A stretch of 64,000 nucleotides of DNA from positions 34,207,298 through 34,271,297 of the forward strand of contig NC_090382.1 in NCBI RefSeq assembly GCF_036365525.1, given 5' to 3'. Positions 22,901 to 36,145 of this stretch are shown here, piece by piece. The number at the start of each line of letters is the position of its first letter. Positions within the stretch are counted from its first letter, which is position 1. Position numbers and translations under genes: made by a program. The stretch comes from Heterodontus francisci (taxonomy: Eukaryota). Under the pieces are notes generated by a model. That model saw nothing but the letters and a program-made list of their open reading frames with translations, was not told the DNA's origin and did no database searches.

Positions 22901-25900
22901 ATAGGAAAAGATTCCCCTACAACCACATCATGTGTGGCTCAAGTTGTACATTCTGGCTTATCCCTACAGACTCTTTTAAATGCTTTGAAAAGCCTTGTTA
23001 GGTCTCCTCGTTGTTCTGCATCTAAATATGAAAGCATAGCGTCCAATCTCCCTAACAATTCAGTATTAACTAACCGGATAGTAGGAGGTTCAATTTGAGA
23101 ATGGTCTAGGCCTCCTTCTGCCTCATCCTCTCTATCCCATTCATCCTTTCCTATCCTTACTACCTGAAATACCTGTGCTTGCTTATCCTCCTCCCAGCGA
23201 TAATATTGTTTCAACATATAGATATGACACAGCTGATTCTTTTTCCGGCAATCTGGAGTGTCATCAAATAATTTACGTACCAATTCTCTTGACCACTTTA
23301 TATAGACCTCTGAACCGTGCTTTCAGCAGTTCACCCTGTAAAGGCAGTAATACTAACACCTCATTCCCTGGTTGAAATGTTTGGGTCTTGGCATGCTTGT
23401 CGGCCCATTTCTTCATCGTTGTTTGGGAAGCTTTCAGGTGTTGCTGAGCCACTTTGCAAGCTCTTGTGAGCCATTCCAGAAACGTGGATACATAATCAAG
23501 CACAGAAGATTTGTCCCTCTGTTCTAAAAACATTTCTTTAATTAGTTTTAGAGGACCTTTTATCTCATGTCCATAAAGTAATTCAAAAGAACTAAAACTG
23601 GTCGACTCATTAGGCAAATCCCTTGTGGCAAACAAAAGAAATTCTAGCCCTTTATCCCAATCATGGGGATATTCATGACAGTTTGCCCTGATCATCATTT
23701 TGAGGGTCTGATGAGGGTCTAAAGCTCCTTGCGTCAGTGGTGGTATGCTGAAGACTTTAACTGTGTTATACCCAGATTACCCATAACTTCCTGAAACATT
23801 TTAGACATAAAATTGGAACCTTGATCTGACTGAATTTCAATTGATAATCCATATCGAGTAAAGAACTGGGTTAACTTCTCTACCACAACCTTAGCAGAAA
23901 TTGATCTCAAGGGAATGGCTTCTGGGAATCGAGTAGCCACATCCATAATAGTGAGTATATATTGGTGTCCCCCTTTTGTTTTCAGCAAAGATCCACTCAG
24001 TCTCCCAACACTGTACTAAATTGTTTCCCAAAAACTAGTATGGGAATTAGAGGTGCCGGTTTAATGGCATGTTGTGGTTTCCTACAATCTGGCACGTATG
24101 TCACGTTTTACAAAACTGCACCATGTCCTTGGACTTGGCCAGTAAAAATGTCAACTTAAATGTGAATAGGTCTTCCAGATCCCCACATGTCCCACAAGAA
24201 GAATTTCATGCACTATCCGTAATAGTTCCCGGTGATACTTTGGCAGTGTCCCTATCTGGTGAACAACTGTCCATTCTTCATCTGCAGGTCTGTGAGGAGG
24301 TCTCCACTTCCTCATCAGAATCCCATTTTTTATATAGTAGCCTTCCGGAACTCCCTTTCCTTCAGCTTCTGTTAGATCTAATTGTGCCACTTTATTTAAC
24401 TCTGGATTGGCTTGCTGAACCTTGATTAGAGAAGACTTATTAAACATTTCCTTTGGATTATCCAAATCCCCAAACAAAGTTTCTGATATTCAGTTATCTG
24501 TCTGTGGTGCCAATTGTACCTCTGACAATGGAACTTGTTTAGCCATTGCTCGGGTTACTACACATGAAGAAAAAATTCCTGGAAACTTTTCCTGCGACTG
24601 TTCTGTCTTTTTAACTTCACTTGGTTTTTCCGTGACCACTAGAGAAGCGACTACCTCCGCTCTGGCCAAATCATTCCCCAGGAGTAGGTCAACTCTTATT
24701 GGCAAACAATGGACAAATCCTACTGTTACCGTTCCAGACATTAGGTCACACTCTAGGTGCACCCGGCACAAAGGTACTCCCCACCAATACCATTCACTAA
24801 ATCCTTGGCATTCAGTGCACTCTCTGGTGGAAATGTTATGCCTTTCCACAGCAAAAGAGTTTGGGTGGCTCCTGTATCCCTAAGTATAACTTTTGGTTTA
24901 CCTGCCTCATTTGAGGGATTAGGAGTTACTTTTCCTTTTGACAAGAATTCCCTACAACTCTCAGGTACCTTATTCATAATCCCTGCACTCAGACTGGTTT
25001 TTGTATTTAGCCTTACAGCTGCAGTCAGAGCTACAGCCTGATTTGCTGTACTCTCAGTCAGGATCCCTTTCTCTGCATTGGGTTTGTGTACCCCAGTAAG
25101 TCCCATGGGTTTGCCCCACAACTTCCAGCATTCTGCATGAAGTTATCCCACCTTGTGACAATGGTAACACTTTGGCTTGTGGACTTCACTTCCACCCTCA
25201 ACATCTTCCTTTTTGGCCTAAAGAGGAAATCCTGGGGCATTCTCAGCTGCCCCTTCTTGCTTTTTGCCTTCCTTTCACCCTCACACCTTCTATCCTTCTC
25301 GGGTTTGTGGGAGTGATGGGAAAAGGGTTTGGGCTTATGAACAAGCTCATAATCATCAGTGATTTCCGCTGCCTGTCTGGCTGTTGAAACTTTCTGGTTC
25401 TCTACATGGGTTCTTACTAACGGAGGGAGTGAATTTTTAAATTCTTCCAGGAGAATTAGTTCCCTAAGATTCTCATATGTGGCCTCTACCTTTACTGCCT
25501 GTATCCAACGATCAAAATTAATTTGCTTTACCCTCTTAATTCTATATAAGTCCGTCCAGACAATCTCCGGAGGTTCTGAAATTTCTGTCGGTAAGCTTCA
25601 GGGACTAACTCATATGCAGCGAGAATAGCCTTTTTTGCCATCTCATAATCTGCAGAAGCCTCCTCAAAAGCATGGCATAAACTTCATGAACTCTGCCCAT
25701 CAACCTGCTTTGCATAAGCAGTGTCCGGCTTTCCTTCGGCCCCTTCATCTGTTTGGCTATCTTTTCAAAAGAAATGAAATTGCTTCTACATCCCCTGTCC
25801 TCAAGCCTAGGGAGGGCTTGTACAAATTTAAACAGCCCTCCGCTGGGTCCTGGGCTAGAGTCAGATCATTCTTCACCAGAATTTTCCTTGAAGTCAAGGC

Positions 25901-26082
25901 CGCCCTGTTGTCTTAGTTCCAGTTTTTTAAATTAAAATTCCTTTCATTTTGCCCTTCCTCTCTTTCAAGTTCTAGTTTTTTCATTGTCAATTTTCTTTCC
26001 TGTTCAAGCTCAAGTTTTTTTCAGCTCTTTTTCCTGTTCAAGCTCAAGCTGCTTCATCTGTAACTGAATTTTAGCTAATTCA
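19959..26082 (-). mobile_element. Gmr1-like Ty3/Gypsy LTR retrotransposon (3' LTR plus internal region, 5' end missing)
   Basis: LTR 19959-20937 with TG..CA ends and purine tract ggatggagg; minus-strand order gag/zinc knuckle, protease (LRDTGA), integrase (IQSDQGSNF), RT (YLDD), RNase H. Integrase before RT is the Gmr1 order. Confidence 0.85.
21275..21828 (+). mobile_element. CR1 3' fragment nested in the RNase H region
   Basis: ORF 21490-21831 (RVVGVWNSLP) and CR1 3' tail. Confidence 0.8.
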
Positions 26083-26651
26083 AATGGCCAGCTGAGACCT
26101 GGCCTCTTATACTGCAAAGCAAACTAACTGGAAAAGTCCATGAGGTCTATTCCTTGCTGCCAGATGACAGTTCATCAAACTATGAACTGACTAAAAATGC
26201 TATCCTCGGGGCATATGAATTAGTACCCGAAGCCTACCACCAGAAGATTAGAACCCTCAAAAAACAAGCCAATCGAACCTAGCTGGAGTTTGAAAGAAGC
26301 AAGCAGCTGGCTTTTAACCAGTGATGAGGGCTTTAAAAATACAGCTCAGCTATGAGACTCTCAGAGAAGTAATCCTGTTAGAGGAATTTAAAAACTCTCT
26401 CCCATTCTCAATCAAAACTCATGTCGAGAGCAGCGGGTTCAGGGAGCTGGGCAAATTGGCGTTCTGGCCGATGAATTTTCTTTAATTCATAAGTCGGTTT
26501 CCCAGGGAAGAACCTTTCCTGATCACCCCACAAATTCAAAAAAGACAACGAGTGGGAAGGTGATAGAAGCCCAGGCAGTCCTGGAAGAGAAAGAAAAGCA
26601 GGAGACACAGGGGGCCCTTCTCCAGCCAAAAAGGAAGGTGCTGAGAGCAAT

Positions 26652-28001
26652 GCTAGAATGTTAGGAGCTATTGTTAGAGATGTTATAGCAGGGCATTTAG
26701 AAAAGCTCAAGGTAATCAGGCAGAGTCAATATGGTTTTGTGAAAGGAAAATCATGTTTAACCAATTTATTGGAGTTCTTTGAGGGAGTTACATGTGCTGT
26801 GGATAAAGGGGAACTTGTGGTTGTATTGTACATAGATTTCCAGAAGGCATTAGATAAGGTGCCACATCAAAGGTTATTGCAGAAAATAAAAGCTCATGGA
26901 GTAGGGGTAACATATTGGCATGAATAGAAGATTGGCTAGCTAGCAGGAAACAGAGAGTAGGCATAAATGGGTCATTTTCTGGTTGGCAAGATGTAATGAG
27001 TGGTGTGCCACAGGGATCTGTGCTGGGACCTCAACTTTTTACAATTTATATAAATGACTTAGATGAAGGGATCGAAGGTATGGTTGCTAAATTTGCTGAT
27101 GACACAAAGATAGGTAGGAAAGTAACTTGTGACGAGGACATTAAGAGGCTACAAATGGATATAGATAGGTTAAGTGAGTGGGCAAAGACCTGGCAAATGG
27201 AGTACAATGTAGCAAAGTGTGAAATTGTCCACTTTGGCAGGAAGAATAAAAAAGATGCATATTATCTAACTGGGGAGCTCTGAGATGCAGAGGGATCTGG
27301 GTGTCCTAGTGCATGAATTGCAAAAGGTTAGCATGCAGGTACTGCACATAATTAGGAAAGCTAATAGAATGTTATCGTTTATCGTGAGGGGAATTGAATA
27401 CAAAAGTAGGGAGGTTATGCTTCAGCTATACAAGACATTGGTGTGACCACATCTGGAGTACTGTGTACAGGATTGGTCTTCTCAATTAAGGAAGGATGTA
27501 AATGCATTGAAGGCAGTAGAGAAGGTTTACTAGACTAATACTTGAAATGGGTGGGCTGTTACGAGGAAAGATTGGACAGGCTAGGCTTGTATCCGTTGGA
27601 ATTTAGTAGAGTAAGAAGCGACTTGATTTAAACATATAAGATCCTGATGGGTCTTGACAGGGTGGATGTGGAACAGATGTTTCCCCTTGTGGGAGAACCT
27701 AGAACTAGGGGTCACTGTTTAAAAATAAGGGGTTGCCCATTTAAGACAGAGATGAGGAGAAATTTTTTCTCTGAGGGCCCTGAGTCTTTGGCATTCTCTT
27801 CATCAAAAGGCAGTGGAATCAGAGTCTTTGAATATTTGTAAGGCAGAGGTAGATAGTTTCTTGATAAGCAAGGGGGTGGAAGGTTATCGGGGGTAGGTGG
27901 AAATGTGGAGTTATCAGTTCAGCCATGAACTTATTGAATGGCGGAGCAGGCTCGAGGGGTCAAGTGGGCTACTCCTGCTCCTAATTGGTATGTCCGTATG
28001 T
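26652..28001 (+). mobile_element. CR1 LINE fragment nested in gag
   Basis: GKSCLTNL, GVPQGSVLGP and FADDTK ORFs plus CR1 3' tail. Confidence 0.85.
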
Positions 28002-30125
28002 AAGAGTGAGACCCGGAGACCTGTGTGCTTCCATTGTAACAAGGCAGGGCATTTAAAAGCTGACTGCTGGAAATTAAAGGTTAATCAGGGCACACCAGCT
28101 CAGCGAAGACGGGACCCTGATGGAAAGCACAGAACAAGCTGGTAGTAAGGGTGCAACCCAGGAAGCTTACTACAGCTAATGCAGGAAAAGTTAATAGGAT
28201 TCTTGAAGGTTGTCAGGATTTTGTATCAGAAGGGAAAGTAACCTCATATCCCTTGAGTGGGGAAAGCAAGCCCATAGGGATTCTCAGGGACACAGGGGCC
28301 ACCAGATCCCTTTTACTGGGATAAGGCCTGACCTTTCCCCCAGAGAGTGCAGTGAACACCAAAATGATGGTGAATGGTATTGGAGGGGAGTGTAAGCTTG
28401 TACCTGTACACCGGGTGCAACTGGAGTGCGACCTAGTTTCAGGATCGGTGACCGTAGGGATTGTCCCTAGTTTGCCTGTGGATGGGATTGACCTGCTCCT
28501 AGGTAATGATCTGGCGGGGGTGAAGGTGGTAGCCACCCAGTAGTGAAAGAAAGACCGCAGGAGGTCAGCGAGACAGGGCGGTGGCAGGAGACGGTCTCAG
28601 GAGACGGTCTCCTGCAAAGTCCCTGAATGTGTAATGAATCAGACCGTGATCAAACCAGCTCCCCCAGAGGAGACTGCATTGGCACTACAGGCAAATGGCC
28701 ATGAGGTCTGCCTGGCCGAGACTTTCTTTGGAAAGATATGAGACCCAGGGAATCAATTAAATGGACTTTCCCTTGGTGAGGCTCAACAAGCTGACCCAGT
28801 ATTGCAAGAGTTAGCACAGGCTGCCCAGTCTGAAAGTGAAGCAGAGGGAGTCCCTGATTCCTACTTTTTAAAGAATGAGGTATTGATGAGGAAATGGAGT
28901 TCTCCTCACAGACCTGAGGGCAAGGAGTGGACATAATTCACCAGTTAGCGGTGCCACAGAGGTACTGGGGAGAAACATTAAGAAGGGCCCACAAGACTAC
29001 AGTATCTTTACATTCTGGTATACCAAAGACCAAAACCCGCGTAAGGCAGCAGTTTGACTGGCCAGAGCTCCACAAAGATGTGGTGGAGTACTGTAGGAGT
29101 TGCCACGTGTGCTTCGTGGAACTTGCACCCCTAAGTCCTGTACTGGTGTTAGGAGGACCCTCCAGCAGACGGCTGGTGAACTGTAAGGGACCCCCGCCAA
29201 GAACAAAAGGGGACAGGCAAGCATAAGGTTGGCAAATGTTTCGAAAGAAACGGGGAAAAAGTGACTCAGAGGGCAGGTTAAAGGAAGTCCGGGAAGAATC
29301 CCCAATGTAAACCCCTATCGCCTGGTCAACCAACCCAGAAGAATGTGAAAAGTTAAATCCCACATCCTCCTTTGTAAATGCAGACTCTGGAAGCACCCCA
29401 CCAGAGTTGCTAACAGCATTTACAAGAACTGGCAGAGACAAAGAGAGACCTCTAGGGGGCAGAGAAACCGTGAGGATGATGCCTCAAGCAGTCTAAGGGT
29501 CACCGGAAAATGCAGCCAAGTCTGCACAAATACCTGCAGGTAGGAGTGTCCCAGAGAACAAAGGAAAGAGTAACAGAGACTCCTCCCCCACAGTCAGAGG
29601 AAAAGGGAACCACCCATCCCCTGAAGCCAAAAGTCTTTGCATGAATCAGGCAGCTCAGGTTAGACCCGCCACCCACCCACCCCCCCCCACCCAACTCTCC
29701 TGGAGAAAAAAAGGTGGAATTAAAGCAGCCCCTGCCCCCCAGAACAGACCGTTTTTTATGAGCTTCAAGAGTGGTGAATGAATGAGAGAAATGCATGGTT
29801 TTCTTTCTGTATCTTACATTTCTCTCAACCTCTGTAATAAAATGTGCCATTTTCTTCAAATCGCATTTCATTCCCCTGGGTGTGGAGGTGTCAGGCAAAC
29901 CCCCCATCTGCCAAGACTGAGGCACACGTTATTTCGCCACATGAACATTAAAACTTTAAAAGCTGCGATCTCTGATTGGAAAGAGATTTCCATGGTAACA
30001 GACAATGTTGAAACAATGGAGACTCTGCAGTTGCTCTCCAATACACAAAAGTGGTCAGACTAGTTTTAGTCACATGGCTAGCTGGCTGGGGCAGAGAAAT
30101 TTGAGCCTCCAACAAGGGATGTGAA

Positions 30126-30617
30126 GTAAAAACAAGAAATGCTGGAAATACTCAGCAGGTCTGGCAGCATCTGTAGAGAGAGAAACAGAGTTAATGTTTC
30201 AGGTCAGTGACCCTTCTTCAGAACTGGCAAATATTAGAAATGTCAAAGGTTATAAGCAAGTAAAGCAGGGTTGGGGCAAGAGATAACAAAGGAGGAGGTG
30301 TAGATTGGACAAGGCCACAGATTAGCTGATCAGAAGGTCATGAAGCAAAGGCAAACAATATGTTAAAGGTGTGTTGAAAGACAAAGCATTAGTACAGATA
30401 GGGTGTTAACGGACTGAAGATTGAACAGCAGCAAGTACAAACATGAAAAAAAAACAGTGGGTAAGCAAACTGAACAAACTAAGATGAAATAAAATAAACA
30501 TACAAAAAAAATGTAAAAAAGAAAAAGTAACTAAAAATAAAAGTAAAATGGGGGGCCTGTTATGCTCTGAAATGATTGAACTCAATGTTCAGTCCGGCAG
30601 GTTGTAGTGTGCCTAAA
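30126..30617 (-). mobile_element. Penelope-like element 3' end inserted in an LTR
   Basis: Minus strand 30616-30560 encodes LGTLQPAGLNIEFNHFRA*, resembling the end of a Penelope GIY-YIG endonuclease; followed by a terminal repeat with intact CTGAAGA...GAAAC core. Confidence 0.8.
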
Positions 30618-33265
30618 AGGGATTGGAAGAGACTGTTCCATATAAGGAACTAGTCACATGACTAACCAACTGAGTACCCTGGGAGCTTTTTGAATTTGGA
30701 CTCCCAGACAAAGGGTTTTGAGGCAGAACGCCGTGTGCACTCCTGGAACTAAGAACACCTCCTGCTTGCCTGCCTATCTCTCAGGGAACTGAAATCATTG
30801 AAGACATGTGAAATGCAAAGAGAGAAAGGTTTGCCACGTGAAAAAAGTTTTAAGGAGATTACTGGGCCCAAAGAAACGCAAGAATATACCTTCAGTCAAG
30901 GATTACAGTGAGCTCGAGAAACAGTAACCAAGATATTATCTCAAACTGTTCTACTTATCTTTTCTTCTACTCCTTTCTGTCCCTACTTTGCATGTTTATA
31001 TCGTGTGTGCATGCTCGCGTGAGCACATCATATATCCACAGGCATGAACCATATTAGAGTAAAGTTTAAGGTTCAATAAATTTCATATTTCTACTTTAAA
31101 CCAAAGAAAGCCTGTTTGTACTCAGTTATTTGCCTGATAATTGGAAACTGTGAACATGGATTCACAAAAAGGGGAGCTCAAAACACAGTGCGTTTAAAAT
31201 TAAACCCTGTTACAATAAGACCAGGTGAAGTCAGCAAAAGACCCCCTAGACACATTGCTCACCGGGTCATAAACCAGGTGAAGTCAGCAAAAGACCCCCT
31301 AGACACATTGCTCACCGGGTCATAACAACAGTAGTTCACCGGTTAGTGGTGACGCATAGGTACCGGAGAGAAATATTAAGAAGGGCCCACGAAACGACGG
31401 TGGCTGTACATGCCAGTATACGAAAGACCAAAGCCCGCATGAGACAGCAGTTTGACTGGCCAAAACTCCACAAAGATGTGATGGAGTACTGCAGGAGTTG
31501 CCACATGTGCCAGGTTGAGGGGAAACCCCAACCTACAGTGAAACTTGCACCCTTATGTCCTGTACCGGTGTTAGGAGGACCCTCCAGCAGAGGGCTAGTG
31601 AACTGTAAGAGACCCCCACCGAGAACAAAAGGGGACAGGTGGGCACAAGGCTGGCAAAAGGTTAGTCAGAAAAGGGGAAAAAGTGACCGAGAGGAATCCC
31701 AGATAAAAACCCCTACTGTCCAGTCAGCCAAACCTGAAAAATGTGAAATGTTGGACCCCACATCCTCCTATGTAAATGCAGACATGAGAAGCACCCACCA
31801 GAGTTGCTAACAGTATTTGCAGGAACCTGCAAAGACAAAGAAAAATCTCTAGCGGGCAGAGAAACCATGAGGGTGATGCCTTACCTAGTCGAAGTGCCAC
31901 AGGGAAGTGCAATAGAGTTTGCACAAATACCTGCAGGCAGGAGTGCCCCAGAGGACAAAGGGGAGATTAGCAAAGAATCCTCCCTCACAGTCAGAAAAAT
32001 AGCAAACCAACCATCCCCTGAAGTCAAAAGCCTTTGCATGACGCAGCAAAGCACTGAAAGAGAGTTTAGACCTTCCCACTACTGACTCCCCTGGAAAAAA
32101 AATTTCCAACTCCGGGCTAATTAAACCCAACCATCTCAAAGACTCTAGGCTGCCATGGAAATGGGCAAACTGAAGAAAAACTTCCCCAAAGAACTACGTG
32201 TATTGGGATGCCAAGAAAGGGGCAATTTTAATAAGTTTTAGGATTTGTGAATGAATGAGAGAAATGCATTTTTTTTTCTGTATCTTATATTTTCTCTGGA
32301 CTTTTTTTAATGAAATGCACTTTTCTCAAATCGCATTTCATTCTGCTGGGTGTGGAGGTGTCATGCAGGCGCTCACCTGCCAAGAATGAGACACATTGGT
32401 TTTGTCACATGAACATTGATTTTTAACTGTTGCTGGAGCGAGTAAGTGAATTGTTGAACAGATCAGCTGTGACTGTAAAAAACATTTGCTTATTGACAGA
32501 CGGTGCTTGTTTAGACAAAGGACCATTCCCTGACACATTCAACCCACAATGGATGTTAATCACTGGACAGTGAGGGAGTGGGGAAGCACATTCCAGGAAC
32601 TGCTGGGGTGATGCAATCCACAGGGGCCAGGACTGGTTGGACCAGCTGGTCATATGACTAACTGGCTGTTGCAGGGCTTTTTTTGAACTAGGCCACAGAG
32701 CGTTTGAGCAGAATGACTGTTTGCTCCTGGACTGAGAAGATTTCTCCTGTCTGCTCCCATCTCTTTCTCACAAGCCTCTGAATCCACTGAAGACACATGA
32801 ACCCCAAGAGAGAAAAGTCTCCTACAGCGAACAAAGTTTAAGAAGAATACTGGGCCCCAACAAAAATCAAGAATTACCTACAATCAAGGACTCTACAGTA
32901 AGCTTGACGAACCATAACAAACTCTTCAAATATTGCCTCAAACTTTTCCACTTTATTTTTCTTCTACTCTTTTCTGTCTCTATTTGCATGTGTGTATTGT
33001 GAATGCAAGCTAGCGTGGACGAGTCGTGTATCCATAGGCGTTAACCAGATTAGCATTTAAGTTTAATAAATTTCAACTGTTCTTCTTTAAACCTAAGAAA
33101 GCATGTTTGTGCTGGTTTCTTTGCCTTATAATTGGAAAGTGGTGAACAAGGATTCACCAAGGGGGAGCTAAAAACATGGTGTGTTTAAAAATAAAACCCT
33201 GTTACAGTAAGACCAGATGAAGGCTGAGAGGGACCCCTGGACACCTTTCTCACCTGGTTGTAACA

Positions 33266-33715
33266 CCTCCAATAACCACAACCATCTTCCTTTGTGTTAG
33301 GTATGACTCCAACCAGTGAAGAGTTTTCACTCTGATTCCCATTGACTTCAATTTTGCTAGGACTTCTTGAAGCTGTTCAAATGCTGCCTTGATGTCAGGG
33401 GCAGTCACTCTCACCTGAACTCTTGAATTCAGCTCTTTTGTTCATGTTTGCACCAAGGCTTTAATGAGATCTAGAGAAGGTGGCCCTGGCAAAACCCAAA
33501 CTGAACACGGTGAGCAGGTTATTGCTGAGTAAGCGCCGCTTGATAGCACTGTTGACAACACCTTCCATCACTTTGCTGATGATCGAGAGTAGACTGATCG
33601 GGAGGTAATTGGACAAATTAGGTTTGTCCTGCCTTTTTGTGGACAGGATATACCTGGGCAATTGTCCACATTGCTGTGTAGATGCCAGTGTTGTATCTGT
33701 GCTGGAACAGCTTGA
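33266..33715 (-). mobile_element. LINE RT fragment (family of 39388-41000)
   Basis: NYLPISLLSIISKVMEGVV; reverse-complement similarity to 39388-39717. Confidence 0.7.
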
Positions 33716-35250
33716 AAATACAGAGGGGAAGTGAAAAAGAAAATGAGGGGCAAAGAGGGAGTATGAGAAGAAACTGGCAGCTAACATAACAGGGAATCCA
33801 AAAGTCTTTTACAGGCATATAAAAAGTAAAAAGGTAATAAAAGGAGGGGTGGGGCCAATAATGGACCAAAAAGGAGATCTACACTTGGAGGCAGAGGGCA
33901 TGGCTGAGGTTCTAAATGAGTATTTTGCAACTGTCTTTACCAAAGAAGATGCTGCCAATGTCATAGTGAAAGAGGAGGTGATTGAGATACTGGGTGGGCT
34001 AGAAGTATTAGATTGGCCGACTGTACTTAAAATTGATAAATCACCAAGCATCTGAGGATGCTGAGGAAAGTAAGGGTGGAAATTGCGGAGTCACTGACCA
34101 TAATCTTCCAATCCTTCTTTGATACCGGGGTGGTGCCAGAAGACTGGAGAATTGTAAATGTTATACCTTTGTTCAAAGGTTGTCAAGATTAACCCAGGAA
34201 CTATAGGCCAGTCAGTTTAATCTCCGTGGCGGAAAGCTTTTAGAAACAATAATCCAGGACAAAATTAACAATCACTTGGACAAATGCAGATTAATTAAGG
34301 AAAGCCAGCAAGGATTTGTTAAAGACATGTTTAACTAACTTGTTTGAGCTTTTTGGTGAGGTAACAGAGGGGGTTGATGAAGGTAATGCTCAAGATTTGT
34401 TTATTATATAAGGACTTTCAAAGGCCATTTGATAAAGTGCCACATAATAGGCTTGCCAACAAAGTTGAAGCCCATTGAATAAAACAGACAGTGGCAGCAT
34501 TGATACGAAATTGGGTAAGGGACTAGAAAGAGTGTAGCGGTGAACGGTTGTTCTTCGGACTGGAGAAGGTGCACAGTCACGTTCCTCAGGGGTCAATACC
34601 AACACCACTGTTTTACCTGATATATATTAATGACTTGGGTGTACAGAGCACAATTTCATCATTTGCAGATGACACAAAATTTGGAAATATATGAACTGTG
34701 AGGAGGATAGTGATAGACTTCAATAGGACATAGATAGGTTGGTGGAATGGGTGGACACGTGGCAGGTGAAATTTAATGCAGAGAAGTGCAAAGTAATACA
34801 TTTTAGTAGGAAGAATGAGGAGAGGCAATATAAAATAAAGGTCACAATTGCAAAGGGGATGTAGGAACAGAGACCTGGGGCACAAATCATTGAAGGTAGC
34901 AGGGCAGGTTGAGAAAACAATTAAAAAGACATATGGGATCCTGGACTTTATAAATAATGGATAGAGTACAAAAGCAAGGAAGTTATGTTCAACCTTTATT
35001 AAAGACTGTCGGCTTCAGCTGGAGTACTGTGTCCAATTCTGGACACCAAACCTTTGGAAGGATGTGAAGGGTTTAGAGAGAGTACAGAAGATTTACGAGA
35101 ATGGTTCCAGGGATGAAGGTGGATAGATTGGAGAAACTCTGGTTGTTCTCCTTAGAGAAGAAGAGGTTGAGAGGAGATTTGATTGAAGTATTCAAAATCA
35201 TAAGAGGTCTAGACAGTGTAGAGAGAAACTGTTCCCATTGGCGGAAGGGT
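33716..35250 (+). mobile_element. Degenerate CR1 LINE fragment
   Basis: MAEVLNEYFATVFTKE, FADDTK and the CR1 C-terminal region. Confidence 0.8.
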
Positions 35251-35926
35251 TGAAACATTCTGTGCTGTAACCATATATATATATATATAATTATAAATAA
35301 CAACTGGGTTTAGTACTTTTAGTAGTAATGATTTCAAAATAATACTAGCATACTCTTTTACTGTGCTTGAAGAACTCTCCCACTATGGAAGTAGCTCAGA
35401 ATGAGCCCCAAATAGTCAAATTCCAACCCCGTATCAACCTTGTGTGATGCTTTACAAATGGAGCAACGTAGGGGCAAATCAAAGTATCAGAAATTTGCAC
35501 CTCAAATACATTACCTATCATATAATATGATGATGTAAAGAGCTTTCTTCATGTTGGTATGTTAATATCCAGAGAATCAGGCACTTGACCTTGTAGATGA
35601 TGTTGGAGTCGAGTTTCTGCTTTGGGTGCAATCAGGAAACTGTGCTCAATATGTGCTTGGAATTGTACTAGATAGGCTACGTTTCAAGTTTCCATTAAAA
35701 TTAATTTGCACAATCACAAACCTAAAATATTCCATGAACCAGTGCAACCAGGCATAGTAATATAACAATTATTTATTTTTATTTTCTTTCCATTAAAAAG
35801 TATACCCTGATGAATTTAAGAGTCCCAACCTAGTGTAGTTTTATTAATACAGCTGAAAGTGGGTTTATCAACAAAATTAAACATATTTAGTAAGATTTTA
35901 CCCAACCAGCCTTCATCTATGAGTAA

Positions 35927-36132
35927 AATCAAAATACTGCAGATGCTGGAAATCTGAAATAAAAACAAAGTGCTGGAAATACTCAGCAGGTATGGCAGAG
36001 ACAGAAACAGAGTTAAAGTTTCAGGTCTGTGGCCATCTGATGAAAGGTCACAGGCCTGAAACGTTAACTCTGTTTCTCTCTCCACAGATGCTGCCAGACT
36101 TGCTGAGTATTTCCAGCACTTTCTGCTTTTAT
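35927..36132. mobile_element. Inverted pair of Penelope-like terminal repeats
   Basis: Two opposed copies; canonical CTGATGA (36037-36043), stem aggtc/ggcct, GAAAC (36058-36062); TSD-like ttcatct(at)gagtaa on both sides. Confidence 0.75.
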
Positions 36133-36145
36133 TTCATCTGAGTAA

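Larger units (their letters stand above)
26083..33265 (+). mobile_element. Second Gmr1-like element, internally deleted, with tandem internal-LTR-internal-LTR structure
   Basis: gag (WPAETWPLILQSKLTG), CFHCNKAGHLKADCW knuckle, protease DTGA, integrase zinc-finger part only; LTRs 29889-31327 and 32359-33265 each preceded by gggtgtggagg; 31330-32358 repeats ~28930-29888. Confidence 0.8.
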
